DNA from: an uncultured Spartobacteria bacterium
GTDB lineage: Bacteria; Verrucomicrobiota; Verrucomicrobiia; Chthoniobacterales; UBA6821
Direction of reading: 5' to 3'
Length of the DNA stretch: 64,000 nt
Assembly: GCA_903826635.1 (NCBI GenBank)
Contig: CAIKFI010000060.1
Location: forward strand, 3,451 to 67,450
Position 1 is the first letter of the stretch; every line of letters starts with the position of its first letter. Of the stretch, positions 29,669-39,584 are shown piece after piece. Under the pieces are notes generated by a model that was not told where the DNA came from, ran no database searches, and saw only the letters and a list, made by a program, of their open reading frames with translations. The position numbers were made by a program, and so were the translations under genes.

Positions 29669-31551
29669 TGCGGAGGCACTACGGCTTCTCCCCGGCATTA
29701 AGTCGATCAGAGAAAATCATTCCACGGATTGCGGATGTCTCCGGTGAGGCGACTGCCTCCACTCTGAAAAATCGTGAGGATATCCCTGAGTCTGACACAT
29801 GGAATCTCTCTCTGATTTTCCCGGATGACACCGCTTGGGAGACGGAGTTCGCCAACCTTTCCTCGCGCTACGCCGGAGTTTCGAACTTTAGAGGGACCCT
29901 TGGCACAAGTGCCGCCAATCTGGCCCGTGCCTTGGAGTTTGAGACGACGCTGGATCACTCCATCGAGCGCCTGAGTCAGTATGCCGGACTGCGTCTCTCC
30001 GAGGACGGCTCGAATGCCCTCTCGCTGGACCGTGACGGTCGCCTCTCACTGCTCGGCGCGAAGATAAGCGAGGCCTGTTCCTGGGTCGCCCCGGAGATTC
30101 AGGAGATCCCTGACGAACGTCTTGCCGAATTCCTTGAGGATCCCCTCCTCTCCGATTGGAAGATCTCCCTGCAGCGTCTTCGGCGGCTAAAGCCACATAC
30201 GCTCAGCAACAAGGAAGAGCGGCTTCTTTCACTTGCGATACCGGCTGTCTCGGGCCACCACGAAACTTTCTCTCAATTAACGAACGTGGACATGAACTTC
30301 GGATCTGTCCGCGATGATAGGGGACGCAACATCGAACTGACACAAAGCAGCTTCTCTTCACTGCTTCAGCGTCCCGATCATGAGGTACGCAAGCGCGCAT
30401 TCACGAGTTTCTATAAGGTGTTCGACGCCCACCGATTCACACTGGCTAGTTCGCTCGCAAATTCCGTGAAGGGGGATATCTTCCTGGCCAAGTCTAGGAA
30501 CTACCCTTCGGCGCTGGAGGCCTCGCTCTTTCCTGACAACGTACCGGTCTCCGTCTACGGGAATTTGATCGAAGCCGTTCGAGGGAGTCTTCCCGATCTT
30601 CATCGTTATTACGCCCTGCGCAAGAGGCTCTTTAACCTCCCTTTCCTTCACGTCTATGATACTTATGCACCGCTGGTCGCAGCCGTGCAGAGCGATGTCA
30701 CCTTCGATGAGGCTATCGTGAAGGTCCTGGATTCGTTGCACCCTCTCGGGGAGGAATACACGGGCGTCCTGGAACGCGGACTGAAAGAGGAGCGGTGGTG
30801 CGACCGCTACGAGAACAAGGGAAAACGCAGCGGGGCTTTCTCCTACGGAAACTTCGAGGGTCCTCCCTACATCCTGATGAACTACAAGTCGGATGTCTTC
30901 TCCGACATGTATACGCTTGCACACGAGGCGGGCCACTCGATGCATACCTGGTATTCAAGGAGAAGTCAGAACTTCCAGAACTACCACTATCCGATCTTCC
31001 TGGCAGAGGTCGCTTCTACCTTCAACGAGATCCTCCTCACCGAGCATCTGCTCGCCACTTCGACGGATCGGGCTATGAGGGCCTACCTGATCAACCGTCA
31101 GGTCGACGACCTCCGTGGAACACTCTTCAGACAGACGATGTTCGCCGAGTTCGAGATGTTGATCCACGCCGCCGAAGAGTCGGGGGCCGCCCTGACGCTG
31201 GAGAGCTTCAGGAGCATCTACCGGGCCCTGCTCAACACCTATTTCGGAGAGGGAGTCGTGATCGATGATGTTCTGGAGTTGGAGTGCCTTCGCATCCCCC
31301 ACTTCTACAGCGCCTTCTACGTGTATAAATATGCGACCGGGATCTCTGCGGCAACGACTCTCGCTTCCCAGGTTCTCTCGACCGGTGATACAGTACGCTA
31401 TTACAATTTTCTGAAAAGTGGCGGAAGCAAATTTCCCATCGAGACTCTGGCTGATGCTGGAGTGGATATGTGCACGCCCGCACCGGTGAATGCAGCCCTG
31501 GCACTCTTTTCGCGGCGGGTGAACGAGCTCGAGGCCCTGCTGGAAGCCTAG
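29668..31551 (+). CDS. pepF: oligoendopeptidase F (M3B family)
   Basis: 627 aa with the zinc motif HEAGHSMH and overall M3B architecture. The ATG overlaps the gpmA stop (TAATG). Confidence 0.85.
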   Translation: MRRHYGFSPALSRSEKIIPRIADVSGEATASTLKNREDIPESDTWNLSLIFPDDTAWETEFANLSSRYAGVSNFRGTLGTSAANLARALEFETTLDHSIERLSQYAGLRLSEDGSNALSLDRDGRLSLLGAKISEACSWVAPEIQEIPDERLAEFLEDPLLSDWKISLQRLRRLKPHTLSNKEERLLSLAIPAVSGHHETFSQLTNVDMNFGSVRDDRGRNIELTQSSFSSLLQRPDHEVRKRAFTSFYKVFDAHRFTLASSLANSVKGDIFLAKSRNYPSALEASLFPDNVPVSVYGNLIEAVRGSLPDLHRYYALRKRLFNLPFLHVYDTYAPLVAAVQSDVTFDEAIVKVLDSLHPLGEEYTGVLERGLKEERWCDRYENKGKRSGAFSYGNFEGPPYILMNYKSDVFSDMYTLAHEAGHSMHTWYSRRSQNFQNYHYPIFLAEVASTFNEILLTEHLLATSTDRAMRAYLINRQVDDLRGTLFRQTMFAEFEMLIHAAEESGAALTLESFRSIYRALLNTYFGEGVVIDDVLELECLRIPHFYSAFYVYKYATGISAATTLASQVLSTGDTVRYYNFLKSGGSKFPIETLADAGVDMCTPAPVNAALALFSRRVNELEALLEA

Positions 31552-31566
31552 GCTGGAAACTGCACC

Positions 31567-32766
31567 ATGAACCGCGGATTCATCGACAAACTTGTCGAGA
31601 GGATCCATTTCGTGGAACCGGATGATATCGGCTATTACCTTCAGCTTCTTTCACGGGAGAAGGGGTTTTTGGAAGTGATTTTTAATGCGATCCTCGAGGG
31701 TGTGATCGTCACCGATCCACATGACAGGATTATCTACATGAACAAGGCCGCATGCCTGTTTTTTGGCGTGAGCGGTGCCGAACACATTGGAATTCCTCTC
31801 TCCAAGTCGATCCCGGGACTCGATCTAAATTCCGTGAGTTCCTTTGGAGACGTGATGAGTCGTGACCTAGAGGTCTTTTATCCCGAGCATCGATTCTTGA
31901 ATTTTTACATCACCCCGCTGATGAGTGACGAGAAGGAGACCTCTCGCCGAGAACTCGTTGGAAGGGCTGTCATCCTCAGGGATATCACCGAGGAGCGTCG
32001 CGAAAAACAACAGACCATCGAGAGCGAGCGCTTCTCCGCCGTGACACTACTTGCGGCAGGCGTGGCCCATGAGATTGGAAATCCACTCAATTCCCTCGAC
32101 ATCCAGCTTCAATTGATGGAGCGCCACCTGAACAAAAGTGGCTCGGAAGCTGAGAATCTAGAACAGATCCGAAAATCCGTGGGGATCGCTAGAGGCGAGG
32201 TGGCGCGCCTCGATCAAATCATCTCGAAGTTTCTCAAGGCGGTGCGACCTTCACCTTTGGAGAGCCTGCCCTCTGATTTCAATGCACTGATCCTGGAATG
32301 TGTTGGTTTTCTGAAAGCCGAGATTGAGGACCGGGAGATTATCGTTGAGCTTTTTCCGTCCAAGGAGATCCCTCTGGTATCCCTCGATCGGGATCAGATC
32401 CGTCAGGCTCTCTATAACGTGATCCGGAACAGTTTTCAGGCGGTGGGTACGAACGGAAAGATTCGTGTGGCAACCGGATGTGACGACACCCATGTCTGGG
32501 TCAGCATCGGTGACACCGGCGGCGGGATCGATCCGAAGGCAGCGGATAAGATCTTCCAACCTTATTTTACGACCAAGAAAGACGGAAACGGGCTCGGCCT
32601 GCTAGTCGTCCAACGGATCGTCAGGGCGCATGGTGGGGAAATCGAGTTGCGAAGCGCTGCCGGGAAGGGCCTTCTCTTCACCATCCGCCTGCCACGTGAC
32701 GATCGCCGCGTCCGATTCCTTCCCCCGATCTCGGAACACAAGGAGTCGAAGGATTCACAGGGATAA
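31567..32766 (+). CDS. PAS-domain sensor histidine kinase (NtrB-like, cytoplasmic)
   Basis: PAS region ILEGVIVTDPHDRIIYMNKAA, H-box AAGVAHEIGNPLNSL, N box NVIRNSFQA and G boxes DTGGGI / GNGLGL. No TM segment and no adjacent response regulator. Confidence 0.85.
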   Translation: MNRGFIDKLVERIHFVEPDDIGYYLQLLSREKGFLEVIFNAILEGVIVTDPHDRIIYMNKAACLFFGVSGAEHIGIPLSKSIPGLDLNSVSSFGDVMSRDLEVFYPEHRFLNFYITPLMSDEKETSRRELVGRAVILRDITEERREKQQTIESERFSAVTLLAAGVAHEIGNPLNSLDIQLQLMERHLNKSGSEAENLEQIRKSVGIARGEVARLDQIISKFLKAVRPSPLESLPSDFNALILECVGFLKAEIEDREIIVELFPSKEIPLVSLDRDQIRQALYNVIRNSFQAVGTNGKIRVATGCDDTHVWVSIGDTGGGIDPKAADKIFQPYFTTKKDGNGLGLLVVQRIVRAHGGEIELRSAAGKGLLFTIRLPRDDRRVRFLPPISEHKESKDSQG

Positions 32767-32874
32767 ATCGAATCATGGAGATCTTTTCATCTTCTTTCCT
32801 CGAATGACTTACTTTCCAATCCCTCTCCTCCCCATAATCCCTGTGAGTCTTCTTAAAATATCACCAACCAAATC

Positions 32875-33363
32875 ATGAGCACACTCCACGTCGGCGACAA
32901 AGCCCCTTCCTTTACTGCGACAGCCGTTGGCGGTTTGTATGGTTCAGGAACCCCTGTCAAACTCTCAGATTTCAAGGGTGAGGCTCTTGTCCTCTACTTC
33001 TATCCCAAGGATGACACACCCGGGTGCACCACCCAGGCCTGCGGGATCCGTGATGAGTGGGAGGCCATCAACTCCACAGGGGCGCACCTCTTTGGAGTGA
33101 GCATCGATTCCGAGAAATCCCATGAGAAGTTTATCTCCAAATTCGATCTTCCCTTCCCTCTTCTGAGCGATCACGAGAAGGCAATCGTCGCCGACTATGG
33201 AGTCTGGGTGGAGAAGTCGATGTATGGGAAGAAATACATGGGGACCGAACGAACCACCTTCGTCATTGATGCCGAAGGAATGATTGCGGCCATCTTTCCT
33301 AAAGTGAAACCTGCCGAACATCTCGACCTCGTGCTCAAGGCGCTCAAAGAGTTGGGGAATTAA
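32875..33363 (+). CDS. bcp: thioredoxin-dependent peroxiredoxin Bcp
   Basis: LVLYFYPKDDTPGCTTQAC peroxidatic-Cys motif. 162 aa. Confidence 0.9.
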   Translation: MSTLHVGDKAPSFTATAVGGLYGSGTPVKLSDFKGEALVLYFYPKDDTPGCTTQACGIRDEWEAINSTGAHLFGVSIDSEKSHEKFISKFDLPFPLLSDHEKAIVADYGVWVEKSMYGKKYMGTERTTFVIDAEGMIAAIFPKVKPAEHLDLVLKALKELGN

Positions 33364-33540
33364 AGAATTTCTTGCATAGAGGCAACGTAGGTCTCCAGTC
33401 CAAAGCCAGGCCAGTAAACACAGTAAGGAGTTAACATTTGTCAATGAAGTCATCCCACTGCGCGGGACAATCTCCTGAATTGCTGTGCATTAAATTCTTA
33501 GGGCCTCCGAAACAAAGCGGGAAAATCTGCCCCGACCTCT

Positions 33541-35031
33541 TTAGTAGTCTCCCCGTCTCAAAGAGGTGCAGGCGTCGCCAAGGTGTTTAATCACCGAAGT
33601 GGCGGAAAGTGATTCTTGAGAATCGGAATCATTAAAAATGGCGATTTCCCCTGCACGGGCACAGAGCCAGGCTCCAAGCATTGCCGCTTCACGCAAGGAT
33701 CGTCCGCTTCCGAGCATTGCGGCACAGACTCCGCTCAGGACATCACCCATTCCCCCAGTCGCCATACCAGGGGTGCCAGTCGTATTGAAAACCGGAGGGA
33801 CACCCCGTTCCGTGATGATCGTGCGGGCCCCTTTGAGAAGAAGCGTCATATTGTGTCCTTCGGAAAATTGCATCCCCCATTCCCGACGGCTCCTACCCGA
33901 GCATGGATAAAGGCGCTCCAACTCTCCAGGATGGGGTGTCAACAAACGGGGGCCCAAACAGCGGGTCTGAATGGCGTGGGTGGTCGCCAGGGCATTCAAC
34001 GCATCAGCATCGACAACGCATGGCATGGGTGCATCACGAAAGATGGATCTAAGGTCTTGGATATATTGTTTACCAAGACCCGGACCGAAGGCCAAGGCAT
34101 CCAGTTTTTCCTTGATGACATCCTTATAGGAGGCGATGGGCTTGACCATCACTTCAGGAATGCTCATGGAGGCCAGATAAGGGTAGGTGTCGGGCATCGC
34201 ATAGAGCGTTACCAATCCCCCACCGGCATGAACTGCAGCCGTCGAAGCTAGTTTGGCGGCTCCAAAGTAACCGATGGATCCTGCAAGAACACCGATCCGA
34301 CCATAGTTTCCCTTGAAGGTATCAAAATCGCGGACCGGAAGCAGTCTCCTTAAATCCATGGAGGTCATGACTTCGGCTGGATCTCCCTCATCCCCCACAT
34401 GCAGAGCAAGATTCGGAAGGCTTACCAGAGCGATGCGACCGACTGCCGTGGTGGCGGAATCAGCAAGCAAGCACGACTTGACGGCACCGATGGTCACCGT
34501 GAGATCGGCCTGAACGCAGGGGTCAAAACGCTCCCCGGAGTTCACATCGATTCCCGAAGGAAGATCGACCGCCACAGTAAAAGCACCACATTCCCCGCGA
34601 TAGCGATTCATCTCCTTGATCAGTTCCAAAGTGAGACCGGAGGGAACTCCGGTTGCACCGATCCCAAGAAGTCCATCCAGGATCACGGTCGCACCGCAGG
34701 ATGAGAATGCCGAGGTGATCACTTGAACATTTTTCCGTGAATTCAGGGAGTCCAGTTGACGCCGTGTCAACGGTGCCAACTCATCGTTGGAACCACTCAT
34801 GCGAAGCAAAACTCTCCAACCGGAGGCCTCAAGAGAGTGGGCGGCGACAAGTGCGTCGCCACCGTTGTGACCTTTTCCGCAATAGACGAGAATCGTGGAA
34901 CTGGAGGGGAAAAACTGGCGGATCACATTAGCAATACCCTCTCCAGCAATCTCCATGAGATGTTCAGGAGTATCTCCGGATTGGAAGAGTCTCTCTTCTG
35001 CCGCTTTCATCTGTATAGGTGAAAGGATCAT
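33541..35031 (-). CDS. nnr: bifunctional NAD(P)H-hydrate repair enzyme Nnr (epimerase / ADP-dependent dehydratase)
   Basis: N-terminal YjeF_N domain GKGHNGGDALVAA. C-terminal carbohydrate-kinase-like domain with GTPGMATGGMGDVLSG. Confidence 0.88.
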   Translation of the reverse strand: MILSPIQMKAAEERLFQSGDTPEHLMEIAGEGIANVIRQFFPSSSTILVYCGKGHNGGDALVAAHSLEASGWRVLLRMSGSNDELAPLTRRQLDSLNSRKNVQVITSAFSSCGATVILDGLLGIGATGVPSGLTLELIKEMNRYRGECGAFTVAVDLPSGIDVNSGERFDPCVQADLTVTIGAVKSCLLADSATTAVGRIALVSLPNLALHVGDEGDPAEVMTSMDLRRLLPVRDFDTFKGNYGRIGVLAGSIGYFGAAKLASTAAVHAGGGLVTLYAMPDTYPYLASMSIPEVMVKPIASYKDVIKEKLDALAFGPGLGKQYIQDLRSIFRDAPMPCVVDADALNALATTHAIQTRCLGPRLLTPHPGELERLYPCSGRSRREWGMQFSEGHNMTLLLKGARTIITERGVPPVFNTTGTPGMATGGMGDVLSGVCAAMLGSGRSLREAAMLGAWLCARAGEIAIFNDSDSQESLSATSVIKHLGDACTSLRRGDY

Positions 35032-35038
35032 GGGGGGG

Positions 35039-36256
35039 TTATGAATCTTGATTCAGGGGAGAGGGTTCGCCACGGAGTTCAAGCACCCTTAGCATGACCT
35101 CCTCGATGAGATTGCTTGGGCAAGAAGCCCCTGCCGTGATGGCGATGCAGGTTCTCTTTTCACGATCAGGAAGCCAGGAGCAAGCCGACCTAATCTCATG
35201 TTTGCTCTGGAGGTCAAAATGACGGATCAAAGATATGGACTCAAGGCACTCCTGATTACGGATAAAATAAGTGGGCACTTTCTGTTCACCCATCTCGGCA
35301 AGGTGCGTGGTATTGGAACTATTGTATCCGCCGACAACAAGAAGCAGGTCGGGCGGCGTCACAAGCAACTCCTTGAGTGCGTCCTGACGTTCCTGGGTGG
35401 CCCCGCAAATCGTATCGAAGAGGCGGAAGTTTTCACCGTTGCCATCACGCCCGGTGATACTTTCACGAAGCATCCTCTGAACGGATTCCGTCTCTTCGCG
35501 AAGCATGGTGGTCTGATTTGCGACACCGATTCTCAGCAGATGAAGATCGGGGTCAAACCCCTCCGAGAAGTTCCCCTGAAACCGCACCAAAAACTCATTC
35601 CGTTTCCCCTTCCCCATGATGTAGTCGCAGACAAGTCCGGTCTCTTCAAGATTGAGCACGATCAGATAATGGCCGCTCCCAGAACCGAGCGCCCTGGAGG
35701 CGGTCGCTCTGGTCTCCTCGTGGGAGGCCTTGCCATGGATGATCGAGGTGACCTCTTCCTTGGCGTTCTGCCTCACCCGCTTCCAGACACTCATGACATC
35801 GCCACACGTGGTATCGACGATCCGGCACCCGTGTTTCTTAATCTCTTCCAGGAGAGAAACCTCAGCTCCGAAGGCGGGAACGATCACGACGTCGTCAGGA
35901 CCAAGATCACTGATTCTCGGACGACCGTTTGCATCAAGAAGATTACTGATCCCCAGGGCGGCGATCTGGCTGTTGACTTCAGGGTTGTGGATGATCTCCC
36001 CGATCAGGAAGAGACGGGATTGGGGGAAAACCTTTCTCGCAGCATAGGCAAGGTCGATGGCCCTCTCCACGCCGTAGCAGAACCCAAACTGCTTAGCCAA
36101 ACGAACGGTCGTTTTCCCAGAGACAAACACAGACCCCGCAGAGCGGACACGCTCAACAAGAGCGCTGTGATAGTGCCTCTCAACCTCCTCCTGAACACGC
36201 GCCATGACCTCCGGAGTCCGGAGATTTACTTTGCCGGGAGATGCCTGGGAATCCAT
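35039..36256 (-). CDS. ispH: 4-hydroxy-3-methylbut-2-enyl diphosphate reductase (long form)
   Basis: KQFGFCYGVERAI, VDTTCGDV, and NSSNT...AGASCP (three cluster cysteines). I prefer the ATG at 36256, 10 nt after the upstream stop. About 405 aa, the long LytB type. Confidence 0.9.
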   Translation of the reverse strand: MDSQASPGKVNLRTPEVMARVQEEVERHYHSALVERVRSAGSVFVSGKTTVRLAKQFGFCYGVERAIDLAYAARKVFPQSRLFLIGEIIHNPEVNSQIAALGISNLLDANGRPRISDLGPDDVVIVPAFGAEVSLLEEIKKHGCRIVDTTCGDVMSVWKRVRQNAKEEVTSIIHGKASHEETRATASRALGSGSGHYLIVLNLEETGLVCDYIMGKGKRNEFLVRFQGNFSEGFDPDLHLLRIGVANQTTMLREETESVQRMLRESITGRDGNGENFRLFDTICGATQERQDALKELLVTPPDLLLVVGGYNSSNTTHLAEMGEQKVPTYFIRNQECLESISLIRHFDLQSKHEIRSACSWLPDREKRTCIAITAGASCPSNLIEEVMLRVLELRGEPSPLNQDS

Positions 36257-36266
36257 CACCCGTGTC

Positions 36267-36914
36267 TTACTGTAGAAACACGGGAGGCTTGATCTGTTCA
36301 AAATACTTCTGCGCCGTCATCAGGGCTGCCGGGAGGTCGGGATCGTTGTAATCCTGGGGGCGTGGTGTCTTGGCACCGAGGGTGGCATCCTCGGGTTGAT
36401 CTGCGGCGATCTTGACCGGGGTTCCCTCATGGACCAGTGCGAAAAACTTCCCAGCATCATTGGAGTGGAGCCTGATGCAACCGTGACTCTTTGGGACTGG
36501 CCATACCCACCCGAGATGGAACCCATATCCGGGAGAAAACTCCACCCAGTAAGGCATGGGATAGCCGACATAATGGCCGTGGGCTTGGGAGACCTCGCAG
36601 GGAATGATGGCATCCTTCAACACAGCGAATCCATATTCACCGGAGCGCTTGTTACGCTCTTTCCGGGTCACGGTGAAGTTCCCTTTCGGTGTGGGATGCG
36701 AGGGTATGCCGACACAGCAGGCGGTCACCAGAAGCGGGCGACTTCCCTCCATGACATAGACCATCTGCTTGTTCAGAGAGACCTTGACCGCAACTTTCGA
36801 GGGATCCTTGGGCTTATAAGCCGGTTGGTCATAAACCGGGCGTTGGGTAAGTTGCGTGCAACCTCCAAGAAGAAGGAGTGGAATCAGAAAAAGTGGAAGT
36901 GGATGTTTCATCAA
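36267..36914 (-). CDS. L,D-transpeptidase (YkuD domain) lipoprotein
   Basis: Lipobox LLLLGGC and catalytic motif KSHGCIRLHSNDAGKFFALVHEGTPVKI. Confidence 0.85.
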   Translation of the reverse strand: MMKHPLPLFLIPLLLLGGCTQLTQRPVYDQPAYKPKDPSKVAVKVSLNKQMVYVMEGSRPLLVTACCVGIPSHPTPKGNFTVTRKERNKRSGEYGFAVLKDAIIPCEVSQAHGHYVGYPMPYWVEFSPGYGFHLGWVWPVPKSHGCIRLHSNDAGKFFALVHEGTPVKIAADQPEDATLGAKTPRPQDYNDPDLPAALMTAQKYFEQIKPPVFLQ

Positions 36915-37034
36915 TTCATGGAAAACAGAAAAACGTTCCGTGTCAAACGACGGATTCCAAGAGGAAGTCCTCTTAGAAAGAAACCATCAGCCTTTGACCT
37001 TTTCCGAGCAAGACCGTATCCTGATCAACGAACG

Positions 37035-37559
37035 ATGATTAAGGCTGATGATTTCAATTACGCCATGGCGAACACCCGGGTGGTAGTTTCTCCGACTTCG
37101 GCGATCGAGACCTATGGACGGACCAGTTTCCGATTCCGGCTCCTCACGGAACCGATGGATGAAATCGGATCCGTGAAACTCCGCAAAGGAGTGATCCATG
37201 CGGAACGCCCCAGAATTCTGGCCCCCCAATACATCAGCAAACTTCTCCTTGAGGGATTCGGCGACAAAGCCCAGATGTTTGCAGGATGGATTGAGGATCA
37301 GAGGGATTTTCATCTGCTTAGGTATGGGTTTTCACTCAAGAAAACGGATCTCTCCGAGCATCTTCTCCGAGAAAACAAAGAGGATGCCATCATGCGTCTG
37401 GAGGAGGAGATCCGGAACGAAAATGATCCGATGACAGCATTGATCGAAGGGATTGATGACGCATGGGAGGTCTGTTTAATGAAATTCACCATGGATCTTA
37501 TCCAACGATCGGCCGGTGAGAATGTCGCAGAATGGAAACGGAGAGGGTTTCTACCGTAA
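37035..37559 (+). CDS. hypothetical protein (174 aa)
   Basis: ATG at 37035 (MIKADDFNYAMANTRVV...). The upstream part of track ORF 36396..37559 is antisense to the LD-transpeptidase. I recognise no family. Lies 16 nt upstream of the LysM gene. Confidence 0.5.
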   Translation: MIKADDFNYAMANTRVVVSPTSAIETYGRTSFRFRLLTEPMDEIGSVKLRKGVIHAERPRILAPQYISKLLLEGFGDKAQMFAGWIEDQRDFHLLRYGFSLKKTDLSEHLLRENKEDAIMRLEEEIRNENDPMTALIEGIDDAWEVCLMKFTMDLIQRSAGENVAEWKRRGFLP

Positions 37560-37575
37560 GGCCGCGTAAAATCAT

Positions 37576-38610
37576 ATGAAGACATTCAAATTCCTCACAC
37601 TTCTCGTGCTGGGACTCGCCATCTTTGGATCGGCAGGTTACTTCGGTTACGAATTGTTCATCAAACCCTCACGGGTGGAAAAAAAGGCCCGCGCTCTTGA
37701 AGCCGCGGCACCGACACCAACTCCTGATCCGGGAATTCCTGAATTTCAACGACTCAAGGCTCTTCAGACATCCGGTCAATTGATGCAGGCCCGCGAGGGG
37801 TGGAATGCTTGGATCGCTGCGAATAACAAATCACCTCTCGTGCCCGAGGCGTTTCGTCTGCTCGGGGCGGCCAATATGGAGTTGCTGTTTCAACCTTCCG
37901 GAAATCCCGCGACCATTACCTACACCGTGATCAAGGGGGACTCGCTTGCGAAGATCGCCTCAAAACATCGTTCTAATGCCGAACTGATTCAAAAGGCCAA
38001 TCAACTCAGCAACATCAACCTTCAGATCGGTGAGCAGTTGGTCATTCCCTCTCTCAACGCCTCTCTGGAACTTGATCGTTCAGCCAAGACATTGACACTC
38101 CTGAACAATGGACAATTTCTAAAACAGTTTACCCTCCTATCTGCTCCAAAGCCACCCAAAGCGCCCTCTAATACCTCTTCAAAGGTTATCGACAAGATTG
38201 CAACAGCTGGGAACAAACGAGTTGCTTTCGGCAATAAGGAGTATCCCCACAGTGATAAGATCATTCTTTTGGCACAGTCACCGGCAATCGTCAGCTTCAC
38301 AATCCCTCAAAAGAATTCCAACCCTTCAAGCGCCCCAAACCCTTCGGAGAGTTCTGCATCCTCCGTTCCTGCCAATACAGGCAATTCACCAGTCTCGGTC
38401 CCTGCCGGAACAGCCCCAACCACTGCCGAGACAAATTCTCCAACGAAATCACGTTCACCAACCCAACTCGGCACTCAGGCAAATGAAACTTCCGTCGCAG
38501 CTCCTACTCCAGGGCCGATCACCTACCCGAGCGGATATGTGCTTTCAACGGAGGATCTGCTAGAGATTTTTCCCCTTGTGTCCCGTAACACTCCGGTCCT
38601 TATCCACTGA
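37576..38610 (+). CDS. membrane-anchored LysM-domain protein with degenerate YkuD-like C-terminal domain
   Basis: N-terminal TM segment FLTLLVLGLAIFGSAGYFGY and LysM motif YTVIKGDSLAKIASKHRSNAELIQKANQLSNINLQIGEQLVIP. A YkuD-like region ends in PSGYVLSTEDLLEIFPLVSRNTPVLI, where SHGCIRL would normally be. A Pro/Ser/Thr-rich insert is also present. Confidence 0.7.
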   Translation: MKTFKFLTLLVLGLAIFGSAGYFGYELFIKPSRVEKKARALEAAAPTPTPDPGIPEFQRLKALQTSGQLMQAREGWNAWIAANNKSPLVPEAFRLLGAANMELLFQPSGNPATITYTVIKGDSLAKIASKHRSNAELIQKANQLSNINLQIGEQLVIPSLNASLELDRSAKTLTLLNNGQFLKQFTLLSAPKPPKAPSNTSSKVIDKIATAGNKRVAFGNKEYPHSDKIILLAQSPAIVSFTIPQKNSNPSSAPNPSESSASSVPANTGNSPVSVPAGTAPTTAETNSPTKSRSPTQLGTQANETSVAAPTPGPITYPSGYVLSTEDLLEIFPLVSRNTPVLIH

Positions 38611-38639
38611 CAGACATTCCCTTCACACATCCTACGCTC

Positions 38640-39584
38640 ATGAACACTGTGCCGCTCGATTTTGAAATTCCCCTCGCCGATCTTGAAAAATATGTGGCCG
38701 ATTTAGCTGAACGACGTCCCTCCGAGGACCCACTGCTACTAACCGCCCGGGCTGATCTTGAAAAGGAACGGTCGGCTCTTTACTCAAAACTGACACCCTG
38801 GCAGCGCGTTCAGATTGCACGCCATCCTCAAAGACCCTATTTCCTCGATTACGTGAATTCCTGCGTGACGGATTTTGTGGAACTTCATGGGGATCGCTTC
38901 TTCGGTGATGACAAGGCGATGCCGGCAGGGATCGGACGGATTGCAGGACACCGCTGTGTCGTTATCGGTCAGCAGAAGGGAAGGAACGTGAAGGAGAATG
39001 TCTTGAGAAACTTTGGCAGTCCCCACCCTGAGGGATACCGCAAAGCCCTACGTCTGATGCGATTGGCCGAGAAATTCACCCTACCCATTGTTTGCATCAT
39101 CGACACACCGGGAGCCTACCCGGGAGTTGGCGCCGAGGAGAGACACATCGCGGAGGCGATTGCGGTCAATCTACGCGAAATGATGACCCTGAAAACCCGC
39201 ATCATCTCCGTGGTGATCGGCGAGGGTGGAAGTGGCGGGGCCCTCGGTATTGGTGTCGCCGACCGCGTTCTGATGCTGGAGAACGCCTATTACTCTGTGA
39301 TTTCACCTGAAGGATGTGCTGCCATTCTCTGGAAGCACAGGAAGCATGCACCCGAGGCAGCCGCCGCATTGAGATTGACGGCCGATGATCTTCAGGAATT
39401 TGGTCTCATCGACGGAATTATTCCCGAACCTCTCGGAGGAGCCCACAGGGATCCCATTGCCGTTGCGGATTCCCTTAGCGAGGCCATCGGGGCGGCCCTG
39501 ACCACACTGGAAAAAATCCCGATGAAGAAACTTCTCGAAGAGCGCTATGCCAAGTTCCGGGGAATGGGTGTCTTCTCGGAATAG
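38640..39584 (+). CDS. accA: acetyl-CoA carboxylase carboxyltransferase subunit alpha
   Basis: RHPQRPYFLDY, IIDTPGAYPGVGAEERHIAEAIA, and GEGGSGGALGIG. Confidence 0.95.
   Translation: MNTVPLDFEIPLADLEKYVADLAERRPSEDPLLLTARADLEKERSALYSKLTPWQRVQIARHPQRPYFLDYVNSCVTDFVELHGDRFFGDDKAMPAGIGRIAGHRCVVIGQQKGRNVKENVLRNFGSPHPEGYRKALRLMRLAEKFTLPIVCIIDTPGAYPGVGAEERHIAEAIAVNLREMMTLKTRIISVVIGEGGSGGALGIGVADRVLMLENAYYSVISPEGCAAILWKHRKHAPEAAAALRLTADDLQEFGLIDGIIPEPLGGAHRDPIAVADSLSEAIGAALTTLEKIPMKKLLEERYAKFRGMGVFSE

Noticed and set aside
35198-36292. 364-codon ORF antisense to ispH
   Set aside because: It has the same codon-aligned antisense geometry (36299-35198 is divisible by 3). There are no motifs. It is a shadow ORF.
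36396-37034. N-terminal 213 codons of track ORF 36396..37559
   Set aside because: This part is antisense to the LD-transpeptidase gene (36267-36914). A sensible ATG at 37035 begins the non-overlapping part.
39545-39584. 40-nt convergent overlap of accA and rsmI
   Set aside because: It is explained by a non-conserved C-terminal extension of RsmI. Convergent 3' overlaps of this size are common and carry no specific signal.
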